The position numbers were made by a program, and so were the translations under genes. Below, piece after piece: positions 23,290 through 32,422 of a stretch of 64,000 nucleotides of DNA. The DNA is from Paludibacteraceae bacterium (lineage in GTDB: Bacteria > Bacteroidota > Bacteroidia > Bacteroidales > Paludibacteraceae): the NCBI GenBank assembly GCA_045616185.1, contig JAZLGG010000003.1:9083-73082 (forward strand), given 5' to 3'. The notes beneath the pieces were generated by a model, which saw only the letters and a program-made list of their open reading frames with translations, made no database searches and had not been told where the DNA came from. The first letter of the stretch is position 1, and the number at the start of each line of letters is the position of its first letter.

Positions 23290-24537
23290 ATGCCAATCAG
23301 AACAGAAACCTTTATGGCACAGCGACTTTATTTTGCACAACAGGGTGCGAGACGGTCTTCGCGTCCTGCGGTGCGGGTTGCTTTGGCGGGAATCATCATA
23401 GGTATGACCGTAATGGTAGTAACCGTTTGTGTCGTTATCGGTTTCAAACGGACGGTTACCGACAAAATAGCGGGATTCGGGGCGCATGTACAGGTTGTCA
23501 ACTTCGACAACAACAATACCTACGAGATGAAGCCGGTGGCCGTTTCGGATTCGATGCTGACGGCAATACGCGCCTTGCCAAATGTCAAATCGGCGCACGC
23601 GTTCTGGACCAAACCGGGTATCATCAAGACCGATGACGCATTTCACGGCATCGTGCTGAAGGGGACCGGCTATTGGGACTATTTCCGCGATAATCTGGTG
23701 GCAGGCAACCTGCCGGAGAAACCGAACGAGGTATTGCTGTCCGAATTGCAGGCCAAGAAAATGAAAATTGAACTGCCGCAGGACAGCACGATGCAGCCGG
23801 CGTATATATTGTGCTATTTTGTGGGTGATGACATCCGCGTGCGCAAATTCCGCGTGACGGGTATCTACAACACCTGTTTGGGGGAGTTTGACGATTTGTT
23901 TGTCATCGGTTTCGGCGATGCGATACGACGGCTGAACGGTTGGAATGACAACCAGGCCTCCGGAGTGGAAGTGCTGGTGAAAGATTTGGCGGGTCTGGAC
24001 GACGCGGCTGACAATATCTATTTTATGACGGCCAACCGGCTGGACGCAGACGGCAATGCCTACTATACGCAGACGGTGAAGCAACTTAATCCGCAAATCT
24101 TCGCTTGGCTTGATTTGTTGGATATGAATGTGGTGATTATCATTGTGCTGATGTTGTGCGTGTCCTGCTTCAACATTGTTTCGGGGTTGATAATCCTGAT
24201 ATTGGACAGCGTACGGCTGATTGGTACGCTGAAAGCCTTGGGTGCGGACAATATGTTTGTGCGCCGTATTTTCGTGACGCAGGCGGCTATGTTGATAGGC
24301 AAGGGGATGCTTTGGGGGAATGCGGTCGGCCTGGTATTGTGCGCTGTGCAGTATTTTACGCACCTTATTCCGCTGGAGGCTTCTTCCTATTACGTCAGTT
24401 ATGTGCCGATGGCGTTCCCGTGGGGCTGGCTGATACTGCTCAACGTGGGGGTAGTGTTGCTATCGTTGGCGGTGCTGTTGGCGCCTTCGGCGATTGTTAC
24501 CAAGATTTCGCCTGCCCAAGTTATGCACTTTGAATAA
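23290..24537 (+). CDS. FtsX-family ABC transporter permease (LolC/LolE-like)
   Basis: Whole track ORF. N-terminal TM, large periplasmic MacB-like domain, and a C-terminal FtsX four-helix region (IGTLKALGADN..VRRIF). The antisense ORF 23248..24363 is a shadow. Confidence 0.85.
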   Translation: MPIRTETFMAQRLYFAQQGARRSSRPAVRVALAGIIIGMTVMVVTVCVVIGFKRTVTDKIAGFGAHVQVVNFDNNNTYEMKPVAVSDSMLTAIRALPNVKSAHAFWTKPGIIKTDDAFHGIVLKGTGYWDYFRDNLVAGNLPEKPNEVLLSELQAKKMKIELPQDSTMQPAYILCYFVGDDIRVRKFRVTGIYNTCLGEFDDLFVIGFGDAIRRLNGWNDNQASGVEVLVKDLAGLDDAADNIYFMTANRLDADGNAYYTQTVKQLNPQIFAWLDLLDMNVVIIIVLMLCVSCFNIVSGLIILILDSVRLIGTLKALGADNMFVRRIFVTQAAMLIGKGMLWGNAVGLVLCAVQYFTHLIPLEASSYYVSYVPMAFPWGWLILLNVGVVLLSLAVLLAPSAIVTKISPAQVMHFE

Positions 24538-24538
24538 A

Positions 24539-25351
24539 ATGAACTTACAGACCAAAATAGAGATTGCGCCTTCGGCGTGGAAGATAGCCTATCCGGACCG
24601 GATAGTCATGCTTGGTTCGTGTTTTTCGGACAACCTTGCCCGTAAGATGCAGGAGTATTATTTTCAAGTGGTTGGCAATCCGTTCGGCACGTTGTACAAC
24701 CCTGTTTCCATTGTCCGACACATTCAAGACGATGAGGCACGGAAGGCGGATGTGGTGACCGTGACATTCGGTACCGCTTGGGTGTATGCGGATAGGAAAC
24801 GGTGCGTTTCCGACTGGATGGAGGCGGTGGTGGACAACTGCCTGAAGCGGCCGGCGGCTGATTTTGAGCGCCGGCGGCTGACGGTGGACGAGATAATCCG
24901 CCTGTGGCAACCGGTCCTTGCCGAGAACGCAGGCAAGCGTTTCGTGTTCACCGTTTCGCCTATCCGCCACGTGAAGGACGGACTTCACGAAAACAATGTG
25001 AGCAAGGCTATCCTGCTGCAGGCCGTGGACGAACTGGTGCGGAATGCTCCTTGCGGAAGCCGCGCGGCCTATTTTCCGAGTTACGAGATTATGCTGGACG
25101 AATTGCGGGACTACCGTTTCTATGCCGACGATATGATGCACCCGAGCACTCTGGCGGTGCAGTACATCTGGGAACGCTTTGCCGATACCTATTTCGATGC
25201 CGGCACACGGAACGAGATGCAGGTGTTGCATCAATTGTTTTTGGACAGAAACCACCGGCCGCTTAAACCGGACAGCGACGATTATCGGCTGTTCTGCCAA
25301 CGCACCCAAGCCGAATACGACGAACTGAAAAAACATTATCCTTGGATATGA
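24539..25351 (+). CDS. GSCFA domain protein
   Basis: Track ORF 24494..25351(+). Start at MNLQTKIEI (ATG 24539), 1 nt after the upstream stop. GSCF motif (MLGSCFSDNL); TFGTAWVY; FTVSPIRH; HPS. Confidence 0.85.
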   Translation: MNLQTKIEIAPSAWKIAYPDRIVMLGSCFSDNLARKMQEYYFQVVGNPFGTLYNPVSIVRHIQDDEARKADVVTVTFGTAWVYADRKRCVSDWMEAVVDNCLKRPAADFERRRLTVDEIIRLWQPVLAENAGKRFVFTVSPIRHVKDGLHENNVSKAILLQAVDELVRNAPCGSRAAYFPSYEIMLDELRDYRFYADDMMHPSTLAVQYIWERFADTYFDAGTRNEMQVLHQLFLDRNHRPLKPDSDDYRLFCQRTQAEYDELKKHYPWI

Positions 25352-26028
25352 ACGTTCTATACGAAGACAATCATCTGATAGCGGTCAACAAAACCTGTAA
25401 CGAGATTGTACAGGGCGACAAAACCGGCGATACGCCGTTGAGCGAGACGGTCAAACAATATATCAAAACCAAATACGACAAGCCCGGGGAGGTCTTTTTG
25501 GGTGTGACGCACCGTTTGGACCGGCCGACCAGCGGGGTGGTGCTTTTTGCCCGCACGTCCAAGGCGCTGGTGCGGCTGAACGACATGTTCCGGTCACATT
25601 CGCAAATAGAAAAGACCTATTGGGCAATTACCGCCAACGCGCCAGCCGAACCTGAAGGGCGATTGGAACACTGGCTGACGCGCAACGAGCAGCAGAATAA
25701 ATCCTATGTGAGTAAAAGCGGTAGTGCAGGGGCTAAACAGGCGGTGCTAACCTATCGCGTGATAGCCCATTCCGACCGCTATCACTTGCTGGAAATCAAA
25801 TTGGAAACAGGGCGGCATCACCAGATACGCTGCCAGTTGGCGGCAATCGGTTGTCCGATTAAAGGCGATTTGAAATATGGTGCCAAACGGAGCAACCCGG
25901 ACGGAGGCATTTCGCTCCACGCCCGTCAGATACGTTTTGTCCACCCTGTCAGCCACGAGGAAATATGTATCACGGCACCGGTGCCGGATGACAACCTGTG
26001 GAAGGCGTTGGAACAGACGGCGGATTAG
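25348..26028 (+). CDS. RluA-family pseudouridine synthase
   Basis: Track ORF 25342..26028(+) starts at TTG. ATG 25348 (MNVLYEDNHLIAVNK) is preferred. Catalytic HRLDRPTSGVVLFA; GR.HQIR. Confidence 0.88.
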   Translation: MNVLYEDNHLIAVNKTCNEIVQGDKTGDTPLSETVKQYIKTKYDKPGEVFLGVTHRLDRPTSGVVLFARTSKALVRLNDMFRSHSQIEKTYWAITANAPAEPEGRLEHWLTRNEQQNKSYVSKSGSAGAKQAVLTYRVIAHSDRYHLLEIKLETGRHHQIRCQLAAIGCPIKGDLKYGAKRSNPDGGISLHARQIRFVHPVSHEEICITAPVPDDNLWKALEQTAD

Positions 26029-26969
26029 CGGCGATAGCGGTAGAAACGCAAGGGTTTGTAAATCTGTTTATAGTCTGTGTGCTGGAAGGCGTAATAGAAG
26101 CGTACGCCGAAATTCAGATAGAGCATGCGTGACATAGCCGCCTCATGGAGCGGCTGACAGGAAACGCGAGCGGGTGGGGTATAGGTCTCTGTACTCGGTG
26201 CAAAGTCAATCAGGATGAAATGTTGTTCGTCTCGGTTCGGGGTATAACTGCTCCACGGCGCGAAATCAATGAAACCGCCCAATCCGATGAGACGGTTGTT
26301 TCTCAGTTTCCATTCGTACCCTATATCAAAAGCGAAAAGCACGTTAAAACGCGGTGCGCAGTTCCTGCCGCTAAGTCCTTTGACATCGTCCGTCATTTTG
26401 CCGGTAGCGAGTTCATCGGTTACCGTGACGCCGAACTGGCGGATATCGGCCGTGATGTGCGTGTCAGCCGCATTGATTCGTGTTTGGTATTCACTCCATA
26501 CGGGTACCATCAGTTTGGCACCGATGCCCATGGTCAGATGTTTTTTGCGCAAGACGAACATCAGCGGCACCTCTACTTGCAGTTGCTGCATCATTTCGTC
26601 GCCGCGTGTCTGTGTAGTGTAGTAAATGTCGGAGACGACCGTCTTTTTTTCCGCAACGACATAGAACGGGATATCATTCTTGACGAAATCGTCACGAATG
26701 ATGCCGGTGCGATTGTTTGTGGCTGCAAAACCGATATTGATGCCGGTGCGGATGCCAAAACCGTCGTGTTGGTTAACGGTACACCACAGTTTAGTGAAAT
26801 TGATGTCCAGCATTCCCGCTCCGCCCGGCAAGTTTAGGGTGGAAGCGTTGAAATCAACATAGCATGCTCCGCCTCCGCGCACGCCGACAGACAGTATAGA
26901 GTGGTCCGCCCGCACCGCGATAACGGTCAGCAGGCAGGCTACGAGAAATATGAGTCTTCTGTACATCAT
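26025..26969 (-). CDS. outer-membrane beta-barrel protein, family unknown
   Basis: Whole track ORF. Signal peptide MMYRRLIFLVACLLTVIAVRA. Alternating hydrophobic beta-strand pattern throughout. ATGA overlap with the upstream gene. Confidence 0.6.
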   Translation of the reverse strand: MMYRRLIFLVACLLTVIAVRADHSILSVGVRGGGACYVDFNASTLNLPGGAGMLDINFTKLWCTVNQHDGFGIRTGINIGFAATNNRTGIIRDDFVKNDIPFYVVAEKKTVVSDIYYTTQTRGDEMMQQLQVEVPLMFVLRKKHLTMGIGAKLMVPVWSEYQTRINAADTHITADIRQFGVTVTDELATGKMTDDVKGLSGRNCAPRFNVLFAFDIGYEWKLRNNRLIGLGGFIDFAPWSSYTPNRDEQHFILIDFAPSTETYTPPARVSCQPLHEAAMSRMLYLNFGVRFYYAFQHTDYKQIYKPLRFYRYRR

Positions 26970-27832
26970 TGATTAACTACGATATAGCGCAAGGTGTCGT
27001 CGCCTTCTTCAGAGTGGACATACACCATATAACATCCGGCCCTCCGTGCGGCGGTCATCCGGTAGGTCTCTTCTCCTGTGGAAGTGTTCACAGAGATGAG
27101 TTGTCCGGTCGGCGAATAGACGGTAATCGTTGTTTCGGTGTTCGGGTTAAGTCCCATCAACCGCATGGGTTGGGTCGGCAGAACGAGGTTCGGCATCAGG
27201 GCCACTTCCTGTTTGGGCATATCCGTGGAGATATAGTGTACTACGACGCTTCGCATGACATCCTGACAGAGCATGCCGGTAGAGGTGGCGGCTATGTTTA
27301 CCTCGGCGTAGTAATTGCCCGTTCCTTGGAAATTACGGTCAAGCGTCAGGTAATATCCTGTCCCGACGGGGATGTCGTCTTTGACAAGTGCATAAGCGGA
27401 ATCCACCTCGCCTACGGCTTTGAACCAAGTGACATCGGATTCGGAAAAAAGATAACCTTTTTTGTTTTGTATTGTATTGACATCCAGCATCACCAGCCAG
27501 TCGTACAATGCTACCACGGGCCAGTTGGCGTAGTCCGCACAGTTAGCGGCGAAATAAGCGATGTAAGTGAATACGTGACCGTCTTCATAGATTGTTTTTC
27601 CGTCATCGCTGATGCCGTTCAGTACCACGGTACGCGGATTGTCCGTATTGTCATCAGACCAACGGTCAAAATGGTAATCGGTATCGGGCACGGCGGTTAG
27701 CGTCAGTTCTGTCCCGCATAGTACGGAAACCGTGGCTGCAGTATCCCTATGCAGTGTCTGACCGGACGCACTCATTGCGAGTGCGCCGGTCAAAACCGCA
27801 CAAAGGATAATTAGACAGAACTGTCGGAACAT
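26966..27832 (-). CDS. secreted B-repeat-like protein with T9SS C-terminal sorting domain
   Basis: Whole track ORF with a signal peptide. N-terminal module LTAVPDTDYHFDRWSDD resembles Listeria-Bacteroides/InlB B-repeats. C-terminal ~70 aa (ITVYSPTGQLISV...AGCYMVYVHSEEGDDTLRYIVV) fit the type A Por/T9SS sorting domain. Confidence 0.7.
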   Translation of the reverse strand: MFRQFCLIILCAVLTGALAMSASGQTLHRDTAATVSVLCGTELTLTAVPDTDYHFDRWSDDNTDNPRTVVLNGISDDGKTIYEDGHVFTYIAYFAANCADYANWPVVALYDWLVMLDVNTIQNKKGYLFSESDVTWFKAVGEVDSAYALVKDDIPVGTGYYLTLDRNFQGTGNYYAEVNIAATSTGMLCQDVMRSVVVHYISTDMPKQEVALMPNLVLPTQPMRLMGLNPNTETTITVYSPTGQLISVNTSTGEETYRMTAARRAGCYMVYVHSEEGDDTLRYIVVNQ

Positions 27833-27841
27833 TGAATGAAG

Positions 27842-28678
27842 TTATTCTGTAATTTTTGTAATAGTAGCAGTATGGGATGTGCCGGAGGTATTATCAGCAC
27901 TTGCCTTTACTTTGAATTCTTTGTTATCATATTTTGCTGTCAATACAATATAGGATTGTTCGGGATACTTGTGATTCGGGTCTTGTAGATTGAACCCACC
28001 TTTAATGATGTATTGATAGTTTCCGGATTCGCCTGTCATTTCTTTACCATCGGAATCTTTTCTTATTTCAAATAAATCATCGAAAGTAGTACTACCCTCT
28101 GCTTGCATTGTCCATCCTAATTCTGTTATTTCGTTAGTTAAATTTGCATCTGAATATACTTTTATTTCCCAACCTACAAATTTATAACATGGTAGAGGTG
28201 CAACCGCAATTTCGGGTTTTTCTGAGGATTTGACAGATTTTTTGTCATATTGATCATCTGTTGCAATTTCGCCATTATCACCTGCTTTTACCGTAATATA
28301 TACACCATTCTCTTCGCATATAGCGACTATGTGATATATGTCTGTTTGGGCTATGAATGGGATATTTTCACCTGTAATTTTCTCAATAACACCACCTTTA
28401 AAATCGATTGTTTCTGTATTGAGGTTAGTAGCAGAAGCGTCGTCTTGCTGTTTTGCAATCAGTGTAAGCAGTGAAATACCTGTTGAGTTCAATTTAGTGC
28501 CGTCTTCTTTTTCAAGAAAGAGTTGCCATTCTTTAGTATGGTAACCACTTTGGGGCGTACATTGAAGTTGAATTTGATCACCACATTGAACGGTAATCGG
28601 TTCCACTGTTACATCTTGTGCATTGGCGGCGGTGATGGTGGCAAAGGCCATCAGGAAAAATAAACTTAATTTTTTCAT
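27842..28678 (-). CDS. secreted hypothetical protein with B-repeat-like modules (low-GC gene)
   Basis: Whole track ORF. Signal peptide MKKLSLFFLMAFATITAANAQ. Modules CTPQSGYHTKEWQ and PLPCYKFVGWE. One sampled 60-nt line is about 28% GC. Confidence 0.6.
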   Translation of the reverse strand: MKKLSLFFLMAFATITAANAQDVTVEPITVQCGDQIQLQCTPQSGYHTKEWQLFLEKEDGTKLNSTGISLLTLIAKQQDDASATNLNTETIDFKGGVIEKITGENIPFIAQTDIYHIVAICEENGVYITVKAGDNGEIATDDQYDKKSVKSSEKPEIAVAPLPCYKFVGWEIKVYSDANLTNEITELGWTMQAEGSTTFDDLFEIRKDSDGKEMTGESGNYQYIIKGGFNLQDPNHKYPEQSYIVLTAKYDNKEFKVKASADNTSGTSHTATITKITE

Positions 28679-28763
28679 AACTTTAATAATTTAAGTTAGT
28701 TAAACAATAAAGATTGATTTGTTTTTTGTTAATTTCTTTTAGATTGTTTGTATATGGTGAGCC

Positions 28764-30974
28764 TTAAGGCTCTGTATTATCGTCCGTATCTCGAGGGACT
28801 TTGGTAATGTTTGCCTCGCCATGATAAATAGGGTTGCCACTGCTATCTGTTTTTGGTTTGCCTTCGCTGTCCAACTCCGGCTGTACGGATACTGTGGCAG
28901 TAAAGGTCTTGTGGATGACGTCAAGATAAACGGTAATGGATTGTTGTAGTTCGGCAGGAATAGTTATTTTATTTTCACTGTCTGCTCCGGTAATGATACC
29001 TTCTGGTTCAACACGCCATTGGTAAAATGTAAAACAAGGGTCTTTAATATAATCTGTAGGTTTCAATGTGTATTCTTGGCCACAATTATAATCAAATTGA
29101 ATTTGTTCTTTTTTATCCTCATCTAATGTTACCAAATAAAGTTTAATACCAATAGGTTGAAAATGTGCAATGTATGTAGCATCTTCTGCATCTATTTCCA
29201 AAGGATTATCACTGTCTTTGAATTCGGAATCATTTCCTTTTGTCCATTCTACAAATTCATAACAAGTCTCGGGTGTTGCCGTAAGGGTTACTTCCGAACC
29301 ACAGAAAATAGTTGTTGGGCTTGTAAGTGTTTCGTTACCTTGTTTTATTTTTACAGAACCATGAGACTCTCCTTCTTCGTCCGGTTCAATCGTGGCGGAA
29401 ATAGTATGTTGTTTTTGGGTTACATAGGCGGTAAAAATAGCATCATAGACTAAGCCATTGGGCAATGTTAAGGTGTTATTTGTTTCATTTATCGGAAGAT
29501 TGGTAGAATTAAATCGACCAGTCTCATCATCGTGTGTATAAGTTGAATAAGTATTTTCCCATGATATAAAATTATAACAATCATCTTCAAATGTATATTC
29601 TTTGCTGCTACAATCGTATTCTATTGTGTCAATTTTAAGTATGTTGTGAGAAATGTTGTCTTTAAATTGTACCAAGTATCGTATAGGAGAAATATAACAA
29701 GTATAGGTAGTTCCAGATTGATTTTCTTTATCAGGAAATCCTATCTCAGTATATTCTTCGTCTGAGAATAAATATATATTTGATATGTAATAGGTGTCCT
29801 TAGTGCTTTCTTTTTGCAAACTATCTATTTTATATGAAGATTTATCAGGACAGATGGGTATTATATGTTCACTAATCCAAAAAGAACCAGTTCCTTCTGT
29901 CAAACTATATAGCCCTTCTTCCTCTGATTCTTTATATTCTTTTATGGGCAATTTTTCTGTATTATCAATAAAGCGGAGTGTGTGTAATTTGCCTTCTTGA
30001 AAATTTGCGGTATATGTAGTATTTTGTGTGGGCAGGGTAATAGATTGTGATTTCTTCCATTCCGGATTGGAGGACCAAGATACAAAAGACCAACCAGGAG
30101 AAGGATCTGCTTTTATGTGCACTTTTTTTCCGGGGCAATCTGTGCGGCTTGTAGATCCATCTTCAAAGGTTGCAGTTCCTCCTTCGTCTGGATATGTATT
30201 TAAGGTAATTGTTACTGGAGAAACATATTGTGCCGTATAAGATGTTGTATTGGAGGTTACTTTGAATTTTCGGGATTGTGTCTTAGTGCCGTCACTCCAT
30301 TGGGAGAAACAATAGTCATCTATATCTTCGGCTGTGATTGTTACTGTTGATCCTTCGCAAGCAGATATTGTTTGTTGTGAGGTCTCCTGTTGATTATTAA
30401 TTTTTTGTTTAATCGTAATTGTCACATCTGGTTTTTTTGTGACTTTGAGATTTGAGAATATGGCAGCAAAGTTACCTTTGTAGGATAATTTAATATAACG
30501 GGTGTCGCTCTTTAGTGATATATTATTGTTTGTACAAACGGTTTCACTTTGTTTTTTGTCTTCGCTCCATACAGCGTCTGTTCCAAAGTCATTTGTGGCG
30601 CTTTCAAATATAGCATATATTGGAGGTGCAGTCCTGTCTTCTGAGGTTGGCCGGTTTGCCGTGTTGGACACAGAAAAGTACAACTTATCAGGTGCGCAAT
30701 CGTCCTCCAATGCGATAATAACATATTTCTCATTCCAATTATATGCGGGTAGTTGAGCTCCTATTGGAAGCCAATCTGTGGAAGTGCCACCAAGACAAAC
30801 GCCTCCGTTATGCCATGAATGGCCACCCTGTCCCTTGTCCCATTCTATAAAAATGCTTGTATCAGTGAGGTCTGTTTCCTGTACGACATGGTTATACGGC
30901 AATTGGGCTGTGACCGAGAGGGCACAGAGAAAGAACAACAATATGATCCCAAGACGCTTCAAAGCAGATAACAA
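28764..30974 (-). CDS. large secreted protein with multiple divergent InlB B-repeat-like modules (low-GC gene)
   Basis: Whole track ORF. No ATG is available; the start is TTG 30974 or TTG 30962 (MKRLGIILLFFLCALSVTAQ). Repeated aromatic-x-F-x-x-W modules: DDYCFSQWSDG, SPGWSFVSWSSN, DDCYNFISWEN, ETCYEFVEWTKGN, DPCFTFYQWRVE. Confidence 0.7.
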   Translation of the reverse strand: MLSALKRLGIILLFFLCALSVTAQLPYNHVVQETDLTDTSIFIEWDKGQGGHSWHNGGVCLGGTSTDWLPIGAQLPAYNWNEKYVIIALEDDCAPDKLYFSVSNTANRPTSEDRTAPPIYAIFESATNDFGTDAVWSEDKKQSETVCTNNNISLKSDTRYIKLSYKGNFAAIFSNLKVTKKPDVTITIKQKINNQQETSQQTISACEGSTVTITAEDIDDYCFSQWSDGTKTQSRKFKVTSNTTSYTAQYVSPVTITLNTYPDEGGTATFEDGSTSRTDCPGKKVHIKADPSPGWSFVSWSSNPEWKKSQSITLPTQNTTYTANFQEGKLHTLRFIDNTEKLPIKEYKESEEEGLYSLTEGTGSFWISEHIIPICPDKSSYKIDSLQKESTKDTYYISNIYLFSDEEYTEIGFPDKENQSGTTYTCYISPIRYLVQFKDNISHNILKIDTIEYDCSSKEYTFEDDCYNFISWENTYSTYTHDDETGRFNSTNLPINETNNTLTLPNGLVYDAIFTAYVTQKQHTISATIEPDEEGESHGSVKIKQGNETLTSPTTIFCGSEVTLTATPETCYEFVEWTKGNDSEFKDSDNPLEIDAEDATYIAHFQPIGIKLYLVTLDEDKKEQIQFDYNCGQEYTLKPTDYIKDPCFTFYQWRVEPEGIITGADSENKITIPAELQQSITVYLDVIHKTFTATVSVQPELDSEGKPKTDSSGNPIYHGEANITKVPRDTDDNTEP

Positions 30975-31004
30975 ATTTTGTCCACTTATGCAAATTAAAA
31001 CTTA

Positions 31005-31012
31005 CAAAGTTA
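31005..31012 (-). promoter_or_regulatory. -7 box (TAACTTTG) for the B-repeat/T9SS/beta-barrel operon
   Basis: Reverse complement of caaagtta, 30-42 nt upstream of the TTG start candidates. Confidence 0.5.
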
Positions 31013-31288
31013 AGATATTTTCCATACATATACAAAAAAAGTACCTTTTTTCCAAAGATAGGGTAGCGGAATATTAAAAAAATGGCTATTTCTATCGTAA
31101 TAATATGCAATATTTTATGAAAAATATTAAAATGGTGCTATTTTGAGATTGCTGATATATAAGGTATGTTTTGTGATTTTGGATTACTATTTCTCAGCCG
31201 AATTAATCCGGTGCCAAAATTATTTCGACCAAATTATTTATAGGAGAGCAATCCGATAGGTGCCGTAACCTTCGAACAAAGGTCTTTA

Positions 31289-31380
31289 ATCACACCTTAA
31301 TCTCACCTTAACGACACCTTAATCACACCTTAAGTACCCGATGAAAACAGAACAGAAGAGTAGAGAAGAGTAGAGAAACG
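31289..31380. repeat. word-repeat block: four copies of ~11-mer (t)cacaccttaa, then two copies of aagagtagag
   Basis: Read directly from the sequence. The reverse complement of the caccttaa array occurs at 52824-52857. Confidence 0.85.
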
Positions 31381-31570
31381 CCTTATGTTTTACCAAAAAC
31401 ATTTTTTCATCCTACGCACCTCCTTTTTTGGGGACATGAAGGGGAGGTGACGGGGACGTGACTATCCCTGAAAAAGGGGTTCAATCTCTCAAAAATAGTT
31501 CTTTGAGAAAATTTTGATGCGGTTGCCCTGTCAAAACATGATTTAATTTGTGTATGCCAAAAAAATATTA

Positions 31571-31578
31571 TACCTTTG
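31571..31578 (+). promoter_or_regulatory. -7 box (TACCTTTG) for the DUF2520 gene
   Basis: TAnnTTTG match, 65 nt upstream of ATG 31644. Confidence 0.5.
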
Positions 31579-31643
31579 CGCAGTATAAGGATTTGGTTCA
31601 TTACGAACAAAGACGTTACTCCTTATCGCAAAGACAATCGGAT

Positions 31644-32366
31644 ATGAAGATAATCATTATCGGGCAAGGGAATGTGGCATGCAATCTGTTGCACGCTTTC
31701 CGGCAAAAAAACATCGATGTCACCATAGTATCCAGCCGCGAAGGACTGGACCAAATACCGCAAAACGCGGATGTGTATCTATATGCCGTACGCGATTCGG
31801 CATTGGCTGAAGTAATCAGCAAAGTACGCGTCCAAACACGCGCCCTGCACCTGCACACCAGCGGCACCATGCCACTGACGGTCTTCGGCGAGGACAAGCC
31901 CCATTGTGGCATCTTCTATGCTTTCCAGACCTTCAGCAAGGAACATATATTGTCCGATTTCTCGGTCGTGCCTGTCTTCTTTGAAGCCAAAGGGATAGAC
32001 GACATCAGTGCCGTCTATTCGCTGGCTCTGACCATCACGCCACATGTCTATGAAGCCAATCAGAAAGACCGCGAAAGGCTGCATGTTGCCGGCGTATTGG
32101 TGAACAATTTCCCCAATCTGCTGTACGGTCTTGCCGCCGACCTGCTGCGCGGCACACACATACCGTTCGAGAGCCTGCTGCCCCTGATAGACGAGACGGC
32201 CGCCAAAGTGCACAGTCTGCCGCCCGACGAGGCGCAGACGGGACCCGCGCGTCGGCATGACCGCAGTGTGATGGACAAACATATCAGCTTGCTGCCGACT
32301 GAGGACGCCAAGGAAGTGTACCGACTACTGTCCCGTATGATAGAAAACAAATATCCGGAAGCGTAA
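31644..32366 (+). CDS. Rossmann-like plus DUF2520 domain protein (putative oxidoreductase)
   Basis: Track ORF 31548..32366(+). The upstream extension contains the promoter box, so the start is set at MKIIIIGQGNVACNL (ATG 31644). C-terminal TGPARRHD motif typical of DUF2520. Confidence 0.8.
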   Translation: MKIIIIGQGNVACNLLHAFRQKNIDVTIVSSREGLDQIPQNADVYLYAVRDSALAEVISKVRVQTRALHLHTSGTMPLTVFGEDKPHCGIFYAFQTFSKEHILSDFSVVPVFFEAKGIDDISAVYSLALTITPHVYEANQKDRERLHVAGVLVNNFPNLLYGLAADLLRGTHIPFESLLPLIDETAAKVHSLPPDEAQTGPARRHDRSVMDKHISLLPTEDAKEVYRLLSRMIENKYPEA

Positions 32367-32382
32367 CCATTAGAACCTATCA

Positions 32383-32416
32383 TAAAAAAAAGTGCCCCAT
32401 CGGGCACTTTTTTTAG
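32383..32416. terminator. bidirectional intrinsic terminator between the DUF2520 gene and yidC
   Basis: A8 run, stem aagtgccc/gggcactt (32390-32397 / 32402-32409) with loop catc, then a T-run. Confidence 0.8.
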
Positions 32417-32422
32417 TGGGTT

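Noticed and set aside
27842-31280. Low-GC tract as a mobile element or genomic island with its own mobility genes
   Set aside because: I saw no integrase, transposase, tRNA attachment site or flanking direct repeats. Only compositional evidence exists, so it is reported as a compositional break and not as a mobile_element feature.
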